From assembly GCA_963667585.1 (NCBI GenBank), contig OY763420.1, positions 1,205,528 to 1,269,527 of the forward strand: DNA of 64,000 nucleotides, written 5' to 3'. Below the pieces are notes generated by a model. The model saw nothing but the letters and a program-made list of their open reading frames with translations, ran no database searches and was not told where the DNA came from. Below are positions 41,631-52,057 of this stretch, one piece after another. Each line of letters begins with the position of its first letter. The stretch's first letter is position 1. Origin of the DNA: an uncultured Dethiosulfovibrio sp. GTDB lineage: Bacteria; Synergistota; Synergistia; Synergistales; Dethiosulfovibrionaceae. A program made the translations under genes and the position numbers.

Positions 41631-42907
41631 TGTCCAGGCTGCTGTTTAAAGAGGTTCTCGTCCTGGACGGATCTATGGACAGGGCTCGAAAGGTCGATCT
41701 TACGGTCTCGGAGGGGATTATAGAGGCCATATCGGAGCCAGGCTCTCTGACCGGCGACGAGGTTATAGACTGCCGGGGTAAAAAGGCCCTTATTCCGGGT
41801 TTCGTCAACTGTCATACCCACGCCGCCATGGTCCTACTCAGAGGTCTAGGGGAGGAACGGCCCCTCAAACAGTGGCTGGAGGAAAGCATCTGGCCTGTAG
41901 AGGCGAACCTAAACCCAGAGAGGGTCTACTGGGGAACTAAGTCAGCACTGCTGGAGATGGCCTCCACCGGCACGGTGTGTTTCGGCGATATGTATTTCGA
42001 GATGGACCAAGTCGCCAGAGCCGCCAAAGAAGGGGGCATGAAGTGCGGTTTATGCCGGGGGCTTATAGGCGACGACCCAATCAGGCTGAACCAGGGCCTT
42101 GATCTGGCGGATACCTTTAAAGACGATGCCGACGTTACCGTACAGCTCGGTCCTCACGCTCCTTACACCGTCCCACTAGAGGCTCTCAAAGGCATCTCCC
42201 AGGCGGCCTGTGAAAGAGGGCTATCGGTCCATTTTCACTACCTTGAGGCGGAGTGGGAGAAGGGCTATATTCAGGATCAGTTTGGCCTGTCCACTATGGA
42301 CTATCTGGACAGATCGGGCCTTCTTTCCGTCCGTGGGCTCATTCTGGCCCACGGAGTCTGGATACCTAAAGAGGATATCCCAGAACTGGCCTCCAAGGCG
42401 GTTACTGTGGTCCACAACCCCGGCAGCAACCTCAAACTAGGCAGCGGTATTGCCCCGATCAGGGAGATGATGGACTCTGGGCTTTCGGTGGCGCTAGGTA
42501 CCGACGGAGCGGCCAGCAATAACAGGCTGGATATGTGGGATGAGATGAGGTCTACCGCACTGATACACAAAGGGGTTCTCAAAGATCCTACGGTGGTAAC
42601 GGCGAGACAGGTGATAGAATCGGCGACCTATAACGGATATCGTGCCCTTGGTTTTACTAACTCCGGAAGGGTAGCCCAGGGCTGGAACGCCGACTTGGCC
42701 TTTATAGATCTTGACGGCCCTAACTACATAGGGGCCGACGAGGATAACCTGGGGATGTTTTTGGTCTACGCAGGATCCTCTAAGGACGTAGAGGGCACCA
42801 TGTCCAAGGGCAGATGGATCTACAGGACCGGCGAGTTTCCAGGGCTGGACGTAGAGGAGATAGTCACAAAGGCAGCGATTTCAAGGGCGGATATGGTCCG
42901 CCGTTAG
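41627..42907 (+). CDS. mtaD: 5-methylthioadenosine/S-adenosylhomocysteine deaminase (amidohydrolase)
   Basis: PGFVNCHTHAAM (HxH), GPHAPYT, HFHYLE (HxxxE), HNPGSNLKLGSG, LGTDGAASNNRLDM. Confidence 0.88.
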   Translation: MMSRLLFKEVLVLDGSMDRARKVDLTVSEGIIEAISEPGSLTGDEVIDCRGKKALIPGFVNCHTHAAMVLLRGLGEERPLKQWLEESIWPVEANLNPERVYWGTKSALLEMASTGTVCFGDMYFEMDQVARAAKEGGMKCGLCRGLIGDDPIRLNQGLDLADTFKDDADVTVQLGPHAPYTVPLEALKGISQAACERGLSVHFHYLEAEWEKGYIQDQFGLSTMDYLDRSGLLSVRGLILAHGVWIPKEDIPELASKAVTVVHNPGSNLKLGSGIAPIREMMDSGLSVALGTDGAASNNRLDMWDEMRSTALIHKGVLKDPTVVTARQVIESATYNGYRALGFTNSGRVAQGWNADLAFIDLDGPNYIGADEDNLGMFLVYAGSSKDVEGTMSKGRWIYRTGEFPGLDVEEIVTKAAISRADMVRR

Positions 42908-42918
42908 GAGTGAACTTT

Positions 42919-45558
42919 ATGAAGTGGAGAAGTGGCAGGGAAATACGCCAGCTGTTTATAGATTTCTGGGTCTCCAAGGGAGCCCACCATTACGATAGTT
43001 TTTCATTGGTCCCAGAGGACCCTACGTTGCTTTTCACCATAGCGGGCATGGTACCTTTCAAGAAATACTACCTAGGCATAGCGGAGCCCGATTTTCCAAG
43101 CGCCGTTACCTCCCAAAAGTGCGTCAGGACCAACGATATAGACAACGTAGGCAGGACGGCGAGACACCATACCTTCTTCGAGATGTTGGGCAACTTCAGC
43201 TGGGGAGGGTATTTCAAGAGGGAATCCATAACCTGGGGATGGGAGTTTCTCACCGAGGTGATTGGCCTGGACGGAGACAGAATGTACGTCACCATATACA
43301 ACGACGACCAGGAGGCTTTCGACATATGGCATAAAGAGGTAGGGGTGCCGGAGGACCACATTCTCCGGTTCGGCGAGGAGGAGAACTTCTGGTTTATGGG
43401 ACCGACAGGTCCCTGTGGTCCCGATTCAGAGATCCTATACGATCAGGGACCGAGTTTTTCCTGCGGACCTGACTGCGCTCCAGGCTGCGACTGCGACAGA
43501 TATCTGGAGATATGGAACCACGTCTTCACCCAATACGACAGGCAGGACGACGGGTCCCTTCTTCCTCTGCCAAGAAAGAATATCGATACTGGAATGGGTC
43601 TGGAGAGGTTGACCTCCCTGGTACAGGGCGTCGCCAACGACTTCGAGACCGATCTCTTTAAGCCTATAATGGACCAGGTATGTTCCATGGCGGGAATATC
43701 CTACGGCGACAGCCCTCAGGGCGATATGGCCGCCAAGGTTATCTCCGACCACATCAGGGCGGTGGCCTTTATGATCGCCGACGGCATACTTCCCGCCAAC
43801 GACGGCCAGGGCTACGTCCTCAGGCGGCTTCTAAGAAGGGCCGCCAGGTACGGCAGGCTCATCGGCCTGAAGGGAGCGTTCCTCACCGAACTTCTCCCGA
43901 AGGTCCTTGAGATAATGGGAGACCCTTACAGGGAACTAAAGGATAACAGGCTTACCGTAGAGCAGATCGTCTCGGTGGAGGAGAAGAGGTTCGGCAGGAC
44001 CTTAGAACAGGGCAGCGACCTGCTTCACAGCGAGATAGAGGCTCTAGCCGCTGAAGGTGAAGCCACCCTTTCCGGGGTAGTGGCCTTTGAGCTTTACGAT
44101 ACCTACGGTTACCCTCTGGAGCTTACTATGGAGATATGTCAGGAAAAGGGTATCGTCGTGGACGAGGAGGGCTTTAGAGGGGAGATGGAGGCCCAGAGGC
44201 AGAGGGCCAGGGCGTCCAGCAAACAGGCAAACTCGGTTATGACAGGCGACCTGTACGCCGCGCTCCTTGCTTCCCATGGCCCCACTCCTTTCGTGGGATA
44301 TAGCTCTCTGTGCTGTGAGAGCGAGATAACCGCTATATTGGTCGACGGAGAGTTGGTCCAGTCCGCAAAGGTGGGGGACGATGTGGAGATAGTGCTCTCC
44401 AGGACCCCTTTCTACGGAGAAAGAGGAGGTCAGGTCGGCGATAGCGGCGTCGTTAAAGGGAAGGGCTTTTTCGTCGAGATCGACGACACGATCCATCCTG
44501 CAGGAGACCTGTCGGTCCACAGGGGGAAGGTCGTGGAGGGAGAGATATCCGTTGGATCTTCCGTAGAGGCGTCGGTTGACCGGGATAAGCGGGACTCGGT
44601 GGCTAAAAACCATACCGCCACCCACCTCCTCCACGAGGCTTTGGTCAGGGTTGTAGGGGGCCACGTAAGACAGAACGGCTCTTTGGTCTCAGACCGATTC
44701 CTTCGTTTCGACTATACTCATTTTGAGCCTCTGGAGCCATCGGATCTAGACGAAGTTGAACTGCTGGTAAACCAGGAGATCCAGGGCAATACGTCTTTAG
44801 AGGTCGAGGAAACCGATCTGGCTACCGCCAAAGACAGAGGAGCTAAGGCCCTCTTTGAGGAGAAATACGGAGATAAGGTTCGGGTCGTATCGGTAGGGGA
44901 CTTTTCCTCCGAACTGTGCGGCGGCATTCACGTGGGTTCCACCGGAGAGATAGGTCTTCTTAAAATTTTAACCGACGAGAGTATCGGCTCAGGTATCAGG
45001 AGGATCACCGCTGTCACAGGAATGAACGCCTTCAGGAACTACCAGAACATGACCTCAACGATGAAAGAGCTTTCCGCCAAGCTAGGGGTTCGTCCTGCTC
45101 GGCTGGTCGAGAAAGTGGAGGCTATGGAAGCGGATAACAGAGAGCTCTCTAAGGAAATACAGCGCTATTCCCTTAAATCCGCCATGGAGGAGCTTCGTCG
45201 GAAGGTGGTCAAGATAGAGCTTCCCGGTGGGGTGTCCCTCTACAGTGCTTCCATAGACGGCATTGATACCGATCAGCTCAGGGAGATAGGGGACAGCATA
45301 AAGGACAGAGATCCACGTTCGGTGGTATTGCTGGCCTCTAGCGACGAAGAGAGGACCCAAATGATATGTATGCTAGGGGTCGATTCGGTAAAATCGGGAC
45401 TCCACGCAGGAAAGATAGTGAAGGAAGTGGCCTCTTTGTTCGGAGGTAAAGGAGGAGGAAAGCCCAATATGGCCCAGGCGGGAGGACCTAAGTCCGATAA
45501 GATCAAAGAGGCTTTCGATCAGGCGCCCTCCATATTGAAAGGCTTTTTACCTTGCTAG
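42919..45558 (+). CDS. alaS: Alanine--tRNA ligase (start moved from 42814 to 42919)
   Basis: DPTLLFTIAGMVPFK, HHTFFEMLGNFS, GPCGPDSE, IDTGMGLER, HTATHLLH and ELCGGIHV editing motifs, GGKGGGK. AGGAG SD precedes 42919. Confidence 0.98.
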   Translation: MKWRSGREIRQLFIDFWVSKGAHHYDSFSLVPEDPTLLFTIAGMVPFKKYYLGIAEPDFPSAVTSQKCVRTNDIDNVGRTARHHTFFEMLGNFSWGGYFKRESITWGWEFLTEVIGLDGDRMYVTIYNDDQEAFDIWHKEVGVPEDHILRFGEEENFWFMGPTGPCGPDSEILYDQGPSFSCGPDCAPGCDCDRYLEIWNHVFTQYDRQDDGSLLPLPRKNIDTGMGLERLTSLVQGVANDFETDLFKPIMDQVCSMAGISYGDSPQGDMAAKVISDHIRAVAFMIADGILPANDGQGYVLRRLLRRAARYGRLIGLKGAFLTELLPKVLEIMGDPYRELKDNRLTVEQIVSVEEKRFGRTLEQGSDLLHSEIEALAAEGEATLSGVVAFELYDTYGYPLELTMEICQEKGIVVDEEGFRGEMEAQRQRARASSKQANSVMTGDLYAALLASHGPTPFVGYSSLCCESEITAILVDGELVQSAKVGDDVEIVLSRTPFYGERGGQVGDSGVVKGKGFFVEIDDTIHPAGDLSVHRGKVVEGEISVGSSVEASVDRDKRDSVAKNHTATHLLHEALVRVVGGHVRQNGSLVSDRFLRFDYTHFEPLEPSDLDEVELLVNQEIQGNTSLEVEETDLATAKDRGAKALFEEKYGDKVRVVSVGDFSSELCGGIHVGSTGEIGLLKILTDESIGSGIRRITAVTGMNAFRNYQNMTSTMKELSAKLGVRPARLVEKVEAMEADNRELSKEIQRYSLKSAMEELRRKVVKIELPGGVSLYSASIDGIDTDQLREIGDSIKDRDPRSVVLLASSDEERTQMICMLGVDSVKSGLHAGKIVKEVASLFGGKGGGKPNMAQAGGPKSDKIKEAFDQAPSILKGFLPC

Positions 45559-45968
45559 ATAGGATCGTCGCTTTAGATATGGGAACCGTCCGTATAGGCG
45601 TTGCCATCAGTGACCCTCTGGGATCTTTCGCCCAGGGGGTCGGGGTCTGGGACGCTCAGGGAGATTGGCTATCCCAGTTAGGGGAGCTTTTGACCACTAC
45701 CAAGGCATCAAAGGCGGTTATAGGGCTCCCTATGAGGGAGAACGGAACTAAAGGCCCCTCCGCCGAAAGGGTGGAGCTGGAGGTTGAGAGGATAAAAGAG
45801 GCCTTTCCCGGTCTGGATATAGTCATGTGGGACGAGAGGTATACCTCCACCATAGCGAATAGAATTCTCATAGAGGGAGATGTCTCCAGGAAGAAGAGAA
45901 AGGGCCAGGTGGATAAAGTAGCCGCCACCGTCATTCTCCAGGGATATCTGGATTCCCTGAGGAGGTGA
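45552..45968 (+). CDS. ruvX: YqgF/RuvX family nuclease (pre-16S rRNA maturation)
   Basis: [41 protein letters not shown]. The alaS-yqgF order is common. Confidence 0.93.
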   Translation: MLDRIVALDMGTVRIGVAISDPLGSFAQGVGVWDAQGDWLSQLGELLTTTKASKAVIGLPMRENGTKGPSAERVELEVERIKEAFPGLDIVMWDERYTSTIANRILIEGDVSRKKRKGQVDKVAATVILQGYLDSLRR

Positions 45969-45972
45969 TCTT

Positions 45973-48537
45973 TTGACCCTTCCTGAAGGTGTAAAGATGA
46001 CTCCTATGCTGGAACAGTACGTCCACTGGAAGGGTATACACCCCGATGCCCTGCTGTTTTTCAGGATGGGGGATTTCTACGAGCTTTTTTTCGACGACGC
46101 TAAAGTGGCCTCCGAGGCCCTGGATATTGCCCTTACAGCCAGGGATCCAGGTAAGAAAATCCCTATGGCAGGAGTTCCTCACCATGCGGCGGAGTCCTAT
46201 CTCGGCAAACTGGTCCGAAAGGGCTTTAAAGTAGCCATATGCGAGCAGATGACCGAGCCAGACGGACGGTCTCTGGTGGAGAGACAGGTTATAAGGGTCG
46301 TTACCCCTGGGACCTACGTCCCCGAGGAGTCGGGCCAGGACGGAAGGCTTATGGCCTTCGCAGGGCTTAAAGGCGGCCTGTGGGCCACAGGCATATTGGA
46401 GTCGGCCACCGGTACTTTGGAGGTAGGTCTGATGGACACCGAAGGCTGTCGAGGGGTAATCTCCGCCGCTACCGGTGCGGAGATACTGATTCCAAAAGGA
46501 GGACCGGAGAGGACCGTAACCGGTTCTTTAGGTCTCTCTGGAGAGGTCCTTCTTCCTAAGGAGAGTTTCGATCCTGTGGAGGGGACCAGGTGGCTATGCC
46601 GTAAGTGGGACTTGAACACCCTCAGAGGCTTTGGCGTTGAGGACGACTCCCCTGAGGCCGGTGTCGCAGCGGCACTGTTAGGCTATCTGGAGGAGACACA
46701 GTACGGTGCTGCCAGGCACGTGTCCAGGATAATCCCTATGACCTCCGGTAAATGGCTCCACCTGGACGTGACGACCCAGAACAACCTCGAACTGGTTGAC
46801 AGCGAAGCGCCGTCGTTGTTTTCGGTTCTAAACCGGTGCAACACGCCGATGGGCAGGAGAAGGTTGAGGAACTGGATACTCCGTCCTCTCACTGACCTTA
46901 TCTCTATAGAGGAAAGGCTGGATATACAGGAAAGGCTGATGTCCCACCTCCCTTCCCTTGAGGGGATTAAGGAAAAACTGTCCTCCTGTAAGGATATAGA
47001 GAGGGCTCTCGCTAGACTGCACATGAAGACCGGAAACCCCAGGGATCTCGGAGCTATCAGAGATACTTTAGAATGTCTCCCCGATCTTTTAGGGTATCTC
47101 AAGGAGCTGGACCTGGAATCCCTCGTCCCTTTTTCACATCTGAAGGAGCTAATGGAGAGCCTCAGCGCCCGGTTGGAGGATTCGCCTTCGAGGATACTGG
47201 GAACGGGAAAGGTCATAAAAGACGGTTCCGACGATGAGCTGGACCGGTGGCGAGGTTTTGCCTCCGACGGAGAGGAATGGCTGGAGGATTTTATAGCCAA
47301 AGAGAGGGATAGGCTATCCCTTCCCAAGCTGAAGGTGGGCTACTCCAGGGTCTTCGGTTATTACGTGGAGCTCTCGAGAGGAGCGCTTAAAGAGGGTAAG
47401 GTATTGCCGGAGGACTATCACCGAAGGCAGACATTGGTGTCCTCGGAGAGGTATATCACAGAGGAACTTAAGGATTTTGAGTCAAAAATGCTCTCCTCCG
47501 GGGAAAAAATAAAGGAGGTGGAGGCCCGACTGTACGGTGAGTTGGTCGGTTGCACCCTTTCCCTCACGTCGGAGCTTCAAGAGGTAGGGAAGGCCCTAGG
47601 AGACCTGGACTGTCTGGTGTCTTTAGCTCACACAGCGTACTCCAGAGGCTACGTCAGACCTAGGTTCTTGAGCGATAGTCGCTCTGTGGAGATCGTAGGT
47701 GGCAGGCATCCGGTAGTCGAGTCGGTCCAAAGGGACGTCCCCTTCGTGCCTAACGATATATATATGGATGAAGACGGAAGAAGGGTAGCCATAATCACCG
47801 GGCCTAATATGGCTGGGAAATCAACCTATTTGAGGATGACTGCTCTTTTGGTGGTGATGGCTCAGATGGGGTCCTATGTCCCTGCCGAGTCGATTTCCAT
47901 GGGGCTCTTCGACAGAATTTTTACCAGGCTTGGAGCCAGAGACGAGCTGGCCAGGGGAAACAGCACATTTATGGTGGAGATGGTCGAGACCGCCTCTATA
48001 CTTCACAACGTAACCGATCGTAGCCTGGTGGTGTTGGACGAGGTAGGAAGAGGTACCTCCACCTACGACGGCATGAGCATAGCCTGGGCGGTAGTGGAGT
48101 ACCTTCACAGCTTCTGTGGAGCGACCCCTAAGGTCCTTTTCGCAACCCACTATCACGAGCTGACCGATCTGGAGTGCCGATTGGAGGGTTGTTTTAACCT
48201 TAGCATGGCTGTGGAGGAGGACGAGGAGAGGGTTACCTTTCTTCATCAGGTTATCCCTGGTCCCTCCGATCGTTCCTACGGGATAGAGGTCGCTAGGTTA
48301 GCAGGGCTTCCTAGATCGGTCCTGGTGAGGGCCAGAGAGCTTCTGGAGGGATTTGAGAGGGAAGATCGATGTGTAGACCTTTCTCCCCCCTCTTTACAGA
48401 TGGAGTTTCTGGATCTAAAGGGCGACGCAGTTCTTCAGGAACTGGCGGGACTCTCTCCCGACGAGCTCAGCCCTAAAAAGGCCCTTGAGATGCTTTACGA
48501 TCTTAGAGATAGGGCCAGAAAGGCGGTGACCCTTTGA
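45973..48537 (+). CDS. mutS: DNA mismatch repair protein MutS
   Basis: [76 protein letters not shown]. Confidence 0.98.
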   Translation: MTLPEGVKMTPMLEQYVHWKGIHPDALLFFRMGDFYELFFDDAKVASEALDIALTARDPGKKIPMAGVPHHAAESYLGKLVRKGFKVAICEQMTEPDGRSLVERQVIRVVTPGTYVPEESGQDGRLMAFAGLKGGLWATGILESATGTLEVGLMDTEGCRGVISAATGAEILIPKGGPERTVTGSLGLSGEVLLPKESFDPVEGTRWLCRKWDLNTLRGFGVEDDSPEAGVAAALLGYLEETQYGAARHVSRIIPMTSGKWLHLDVTTQNNLELVDSEAPSLFSVLNRCNTPMGRRRLRNWILRPLTDLISIEERLDIQERLMSHLPSLEGIKEKLSSCKDIERALARLHMKTGNPRDLGAIRDTLECLPDLLGYLKELDLESLVPFSHLKELMESLSARLEDSPSRILGTGKVIKDGSDDELDRWRGFASDGEEWLEDFIAKERDRLSLPKLKVGYSRVFGYYVELSRGALKEGKVLPEDYHRRQTLVSSERYITEELKDFESKMLSSGEKIKEVEARLYGELVGCTLSLTSELQEVGKALGDLDCLVSLAHTAYSRGYVRPRFLSDSRSVEIVGGRHPVVESVQRDVPFVPNDIYMDEDGRRVAIITGPNMAGKSTYLRMTALLVVMAQMGSYVPAESISMGLFDRIFTRLGARDELARGNSTFMVEMVETASILHNVTDRSLVVLDEVGRGTSTYDGMSIAWAVVEYLHSFCGATPKVLFATHYHELTDLECRLEGCFNLSMAVEEDEERVTFLHQVIPGPSDRSYGIEVARLAGLPRSVLVRARELLEGFEREDRCVDLSPPSLQMEFLDLKGDAVLQELAGLSPDELSPKKALEMLYDLRDRARKAVTL

Positions 48538-50255
48538 AAATAAAGAGGCTCCCCCCTGACGTGGCTATGAGGATAGCCGCTGGAGAGGTGGTCGAGAGGC
48601 CCGTCTCTGTGGTGAAGGAGCTTATGGAGAACAGTCTGGACGCCGGGGCCACCAGGATATCGGTGTGGGTGGTCCAGGGAGGAAGGGTATCCCTCGTCGT
48701 AGAGGACGACGGGAGAGGTATAGACGAAGAGGACCTTGTTTTAGCGGTCGAAAGCCACGCCACGAGCAAAATATCCTCTTTAGAGGATCTGGAGTCCATA
48801 GGTACTCTAGGATACCGTGGAGAGGCTCTGTCCAGCGTGGCGGCGGTCAGCAGGCTGGATATAAGGAGCAGGACCGGCGACAGTTCCTCCGGCGGGAGAA
48901 TAAAATCCGAGGGAGGGATGATCTCCTCTCATGGAGAGCTGAACTGTAAGGCCGGTACCAGGGTTCAGGTAGACGATCTTTTCTTTAACCTCCCAGCAAG
49001 AAGAAAGTTTCTAAAAAGCCCGGTCGCCGAGATGAGGCGAATAACTAAGCTCATACAGGAGTACAGCGTCGCCTATCCAGAAGTATCCTTTTCCCTCTAT
49101 GGCGATACCAAGCTGGTTTACTCCACCCCCGGTTCTTTGGATCGAGGTGCGGTGTTAGAGAGGCTGTGGGGAGATGAGCCTAAGGTGCGATCCTCCCAGG
49201 GAGAGAGGGGAAACTATAGGGTTAGCCTTTGGTGGCAGGAGGCCCCGAGGACCAGCCGGATATCCCTGATGGCCTTCGTCAACGGAAGAAGAATCGACGA
49301 GCCGACTATAAAGGCGGCTATAGCCTCCGGTGAGACGAATTCTTCGGGCAATTGGGCGGTATGGATAGAGACCCCTCCTGACGAGGTGGACGTAAACGTC
49401 CACCCCGCCAAGACGGAGGTTCTCTTTAGACATGGAGGGGATCTTTTCTCGTCGGTAAAGGACTGTGCAATGTCTCTACAGGGCGATAGAAGGCCTTCAA
49501 ATCCTCCCTCTTTGCCTCTATATCGTCCTGAGTTGCAGAAGGCTGGGTTTCAAAAAATCGATTTTCCGAAGACCCAAAGCAAAAGGCCAGAATACAAAGA
49601 TGATAGAGGTTCCCTTTTTACAAGAGTAGAGGCCCCTGTTGTAAAGTCAGAGCCAAGGGTATCCCAGGAAACGCCTCCATCGGTAAGTTCAAAGCCAGAG
49701 GATACGGTGTTTCTCGGTCAGTTGAGCTCCGGCTATCTGTTGTTCGATCGCTCAGGGGAGCTTGTCATAATGGATCACCATGCGGCTCACGAGAGGATAA
49801 ACTTTGATAGGATAAAAAAATCCATGGAGGGGGAGAATAGAGTGCAGAGCTTGGCTATTCCTGTGCCCCTTCCGCCCTCCCTTCAGAGCGACTGCGAGGA
49901 GCATCTGGATAAACTGGGAGAGCTGGGGTTCGATTTTCAACGCTCCGATGGCGTCCTGCAACTGTCCGGTGTTCCCGATTTTAGGGGATGTGGATCCATT
50001 TCTCCTCTGACTTTGCTCCGATCTTCTATGGTCGGATTTGAGGGAGGCAGGATATCGAGGGAGACGGTATGGCTCAGATGGGCCACTATAGCCTGTAAGG
50101 CTTCGGTAAAGCTAACCTGGAAGATGTCGCATCAGGAGGCTATGGCCCTTTGGAGGGATATAGACGACGGAGTGGTTGCCGCCTGTCCTCACGGAAGGCC
50201 GGTTATTATAACCCTGTCCAATAGGGAGTTAGCCTCCAGATTTGAGAGGAGTTGA
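48534..50255 (+). CDS. mutL: DNA mismatch repair protein MutL
   Basis: [61 protein letters not shown]. Confidence 0.97.
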   Translation: MKIKRLPPDVAMRIAAGEVVERPVSVVKELMENSLDAGATRISVWVVQGGRVSLVVEDDGRGIDEEDLVLAVESHATSKISSLEDLESIGTLGYRGEALSSVAAVSRLDIRSRTGDSSSGGRIKSEGGMISSHGELNCKAGTRVQVDDLFFNLPARRKFLKSPVAEMRRITKLIQEYSVAYPEVSFSLYGDTKLVYSTPGSLDRGAVLERLWGDEPKVRSSQGERGNYRVSLWWQEAPRTSRISLMAFVNGRRIDEPTIKAAIASGETNSSGNWAVWIETPPDEVDVNVHPAKTEVLFRHGGDLFSSVKDCAMSLQGDRRPSNPPSLPLYRPELQKAGFQKIDFPKTQSKRPEYKDDRGSLFTRVEAPVVKSEPRVSQETPPSVSSKPEDTVFLGQLSSGYLLFDRSGELVIMDHHAAHERINFDRIKKSMEGENRVQSLAIPVPLPPSLQSDCEEHLDKLGELGFDFQRSDGVLQLSGVPDFRGCGSISPLTLLRSSMVGFEGGRISRETVWLRWATIACKASVKLTWKMSHQEAMALWRDIDDGVVAACPHGRPVIITLSNRELASRFERS

Positions 50256-50258
50256 GAT

Positions 50259-51200
50259 ATGTCCATCCCTGTCATAGCGGTAATAGGTCCTACGGCGGTA
50301 GGTAAGACCGCTTTGAGCGTAGAGTTAGCCAAGAAGCTGGACGGCGAGGTAATATCGGTGGACTCGAGGCAGGTATATAGGTATATGGATGTAGGCACCG
50401 ATAAGATAGATAGGGAGACCAGGAGAGACGTCCTTCACCATCTGATAGACGTGGTGGACCCGGATGAGATCTTTTCCGTCGCTGATTTCATAGATATGGC
50501 GGATAAATCGGTAGACAGGATAATATCGAGAGGAAAGATCCCTGTGTTCGCCGGAGGTACGCCTTTTTACTATAGAGCTCTGTTCGATCGATCTTTGACG
50601 GTGAACGTCCCCTCTAATAGGGATATAAGGCAAGAGCTGGATAATATGGATCCCTTCGATCGTTTTGACTATCTAGCGGAGGTCGATCCTGAGACGGCCC
50701 GGAGGCTATCGCCAAATGATTCGGTAAGGGTGATAAGGGCCCTTGAGGTTTACAGGGTCTCTGGAAAGCCCATATCCTCTTTCAGAAAAAAAGCGGCTTC
50801 CGATAAGGATGAAAGGTACAGTCCCCTCTATATAGGCCTTGTAAGGCCTAGGGAGGATCTCTGTCTCTCCATAGAGAAACGGGTCAGACAGCAATTTTAC
50901 GGAGGATACCCGGAAGAGGTGCAGTGGCTTCTGGATAAAGGTTTTTCCCCTGAACTTCCGTCAATGAAAGGTTTTGGCTACAGGGAACTGGTCCTACACT
51001 GTCAGGGAAAGATGAGCCTTGAAGAGGGGATACAGTCGGATATAATTGCTACCAGACAGTTCGCCAAAAGACAGATGACCTGGTTTAAAAAATTTTTTCC
51101 CGTAAACTGGTACGATCTGTCCAAAACAAGTTATAATGGGGTGCTGTCGGAGACGTTTGAACTGTCCGTCGCCCACGTAGAGGAAGGTGATAATAGTTGA
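50259..51200 (+). CDS. miaA: tRNA dimethylallyltransferase
   Basis: GPTAVGKT, DSRQVYRYMDVGTDK, HHLID, GGTPFY, RVIRALEV, TRQFAKRQMTWF. Confidence 0.97.
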   Translation: MSIPVIAVIGPTAVGKTALSVELAKKLDGEVISVDSRQVYRYMDVGTDKIDRETRRDVLHHLIDVVDPDEIFSVADFIDMADKSVDRIISRGKIPVFAGGTPFYYRALFDRSLTVNVPSNRDIRQELDNMDPFDRFDYLAEVDPETARRLSPNDSVRVIRALEVYRVSGKPISSFRKKAASDKDERYSPLYIGLVRPREDLCLSIEKRVRQQFYGGYPEEVQWLLDKGFSPELPSMKGFGYRELVLHCQGKMSLEEGIQSDIIATRQFAKRQMTWFKKFFPVNWYDLSKTSYNGVLSETFELSVAHVEEGDNS

Positions 51201-52024
51201 AAGTTATCACAGCGGAGCCGACCGGCCTTTGCTTTGGCGTAACCAGGGCCATTAAAACCATGGAAGAGGCGTTGATCTTCAACGGGAGAATCTTCTGTAT
51301 CGGTAGCCCTATACACAACCCTCAGGAGGTCAAGAGGCTCGAAAATCTCGGCCTGGTGGTGGTAAGCGACGACGATAAGGTTCCGCCGGGAGAGGCGGTT
51401 TTCGTCAGGGCTCATGGGATATCGCCTGATGTTCACCGTCGACTGATGGATAAAAACGCCAGGATAATCGACGGCACCTGTCCTTTCGTCAGAAAGGCCC
51501 AGAAGATGGCCGAGCAGCTTTCCAGAGAGGGATACTTCCTCCTGGTCTTAGGGGACGAGTATCACCCGGAGATCCAGGGTATATTGGGCTACGTGGAAGG
51601 CCCTTATCGGGTTATCTCCCAAGAAAGCGATCTCAAGGCTATTGATAAAATCGATAAAATTGGTATTATATCTCAGACGACCCAACAGGAATCGACTCTG
51701 AAGGACATCGCCTACAACGCAGTAGGCATCGCCAGAGAGATTCGGGTATCCAACACTATATGTAGGGCCACCGTGGAGAGACAGGAGGCGGTTCGTCGAC
51801 TGGCTGGATCGGTGGATGGTATAGTGGTAATAGGAGGGCACAACAGTGCCAACACAGCTAAGCTCTTTCGTATAGCACAGGAGTCTGGTACTCCTGCGCT
51901 GTGGGTTGAAGAAGCACATCAACTCGATAGGGGGTGGTTGTCAGGAAAGGCAACGATAGGAATTGCCGCCGGTGCAAGCACGCCGGACTGGCTGATAAAA
52001 CAACTACAACAAGCGATTCTGTAA
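51197..52024 (+). CDS. ispH: 4-hydroxy-3-methylbut-2-enyl diphosphate reductase
   Basis: GLCFGV, IHN, IRAHG-like VRAHG, DGTCPFV, SQTT, TICRAT, GGHNSANT, AGASTP with three cluster Cys. Confidence 0.96.
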   Translation: MKVITAEPTGLCFGVTRAIKTMEEALIFNGRIFCIGSPIHNPQEVKRLENLGLVVVSDDDKVPPGEAVFVRAHGISPDVHRRLMDKNARIIDGTCPFVRKAQKMAEQLSREGYFLLVLGDEYHPEIQGILGYVEGPYRVISQESDLKAIDKIDKIGIISQTTQQESTLKDIAYNAVGIAREIRVSNTICRATVERQEAVRRLAGSVDGIVVIGGHNSANTAKLFRIAQESGTPALWVEEAHQLDRGWLSGKATIGIAAGASTPDWLIKQLQQAIL

Positions 52025-52057
52025 AAGGATCGCAGGACGTCAGGGGGATGTCAAATA

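Noticed and set aside
43068-48799. Antisense and alternate-frame ORFs up to 214 aa within alaS and mutS, and similar ones elsewhere (for example 56169-57551)
   Set aside because: They are fully nested in well-supported genes, have low-complexity Ser/Pro-rich translations and show no recognisable domains.
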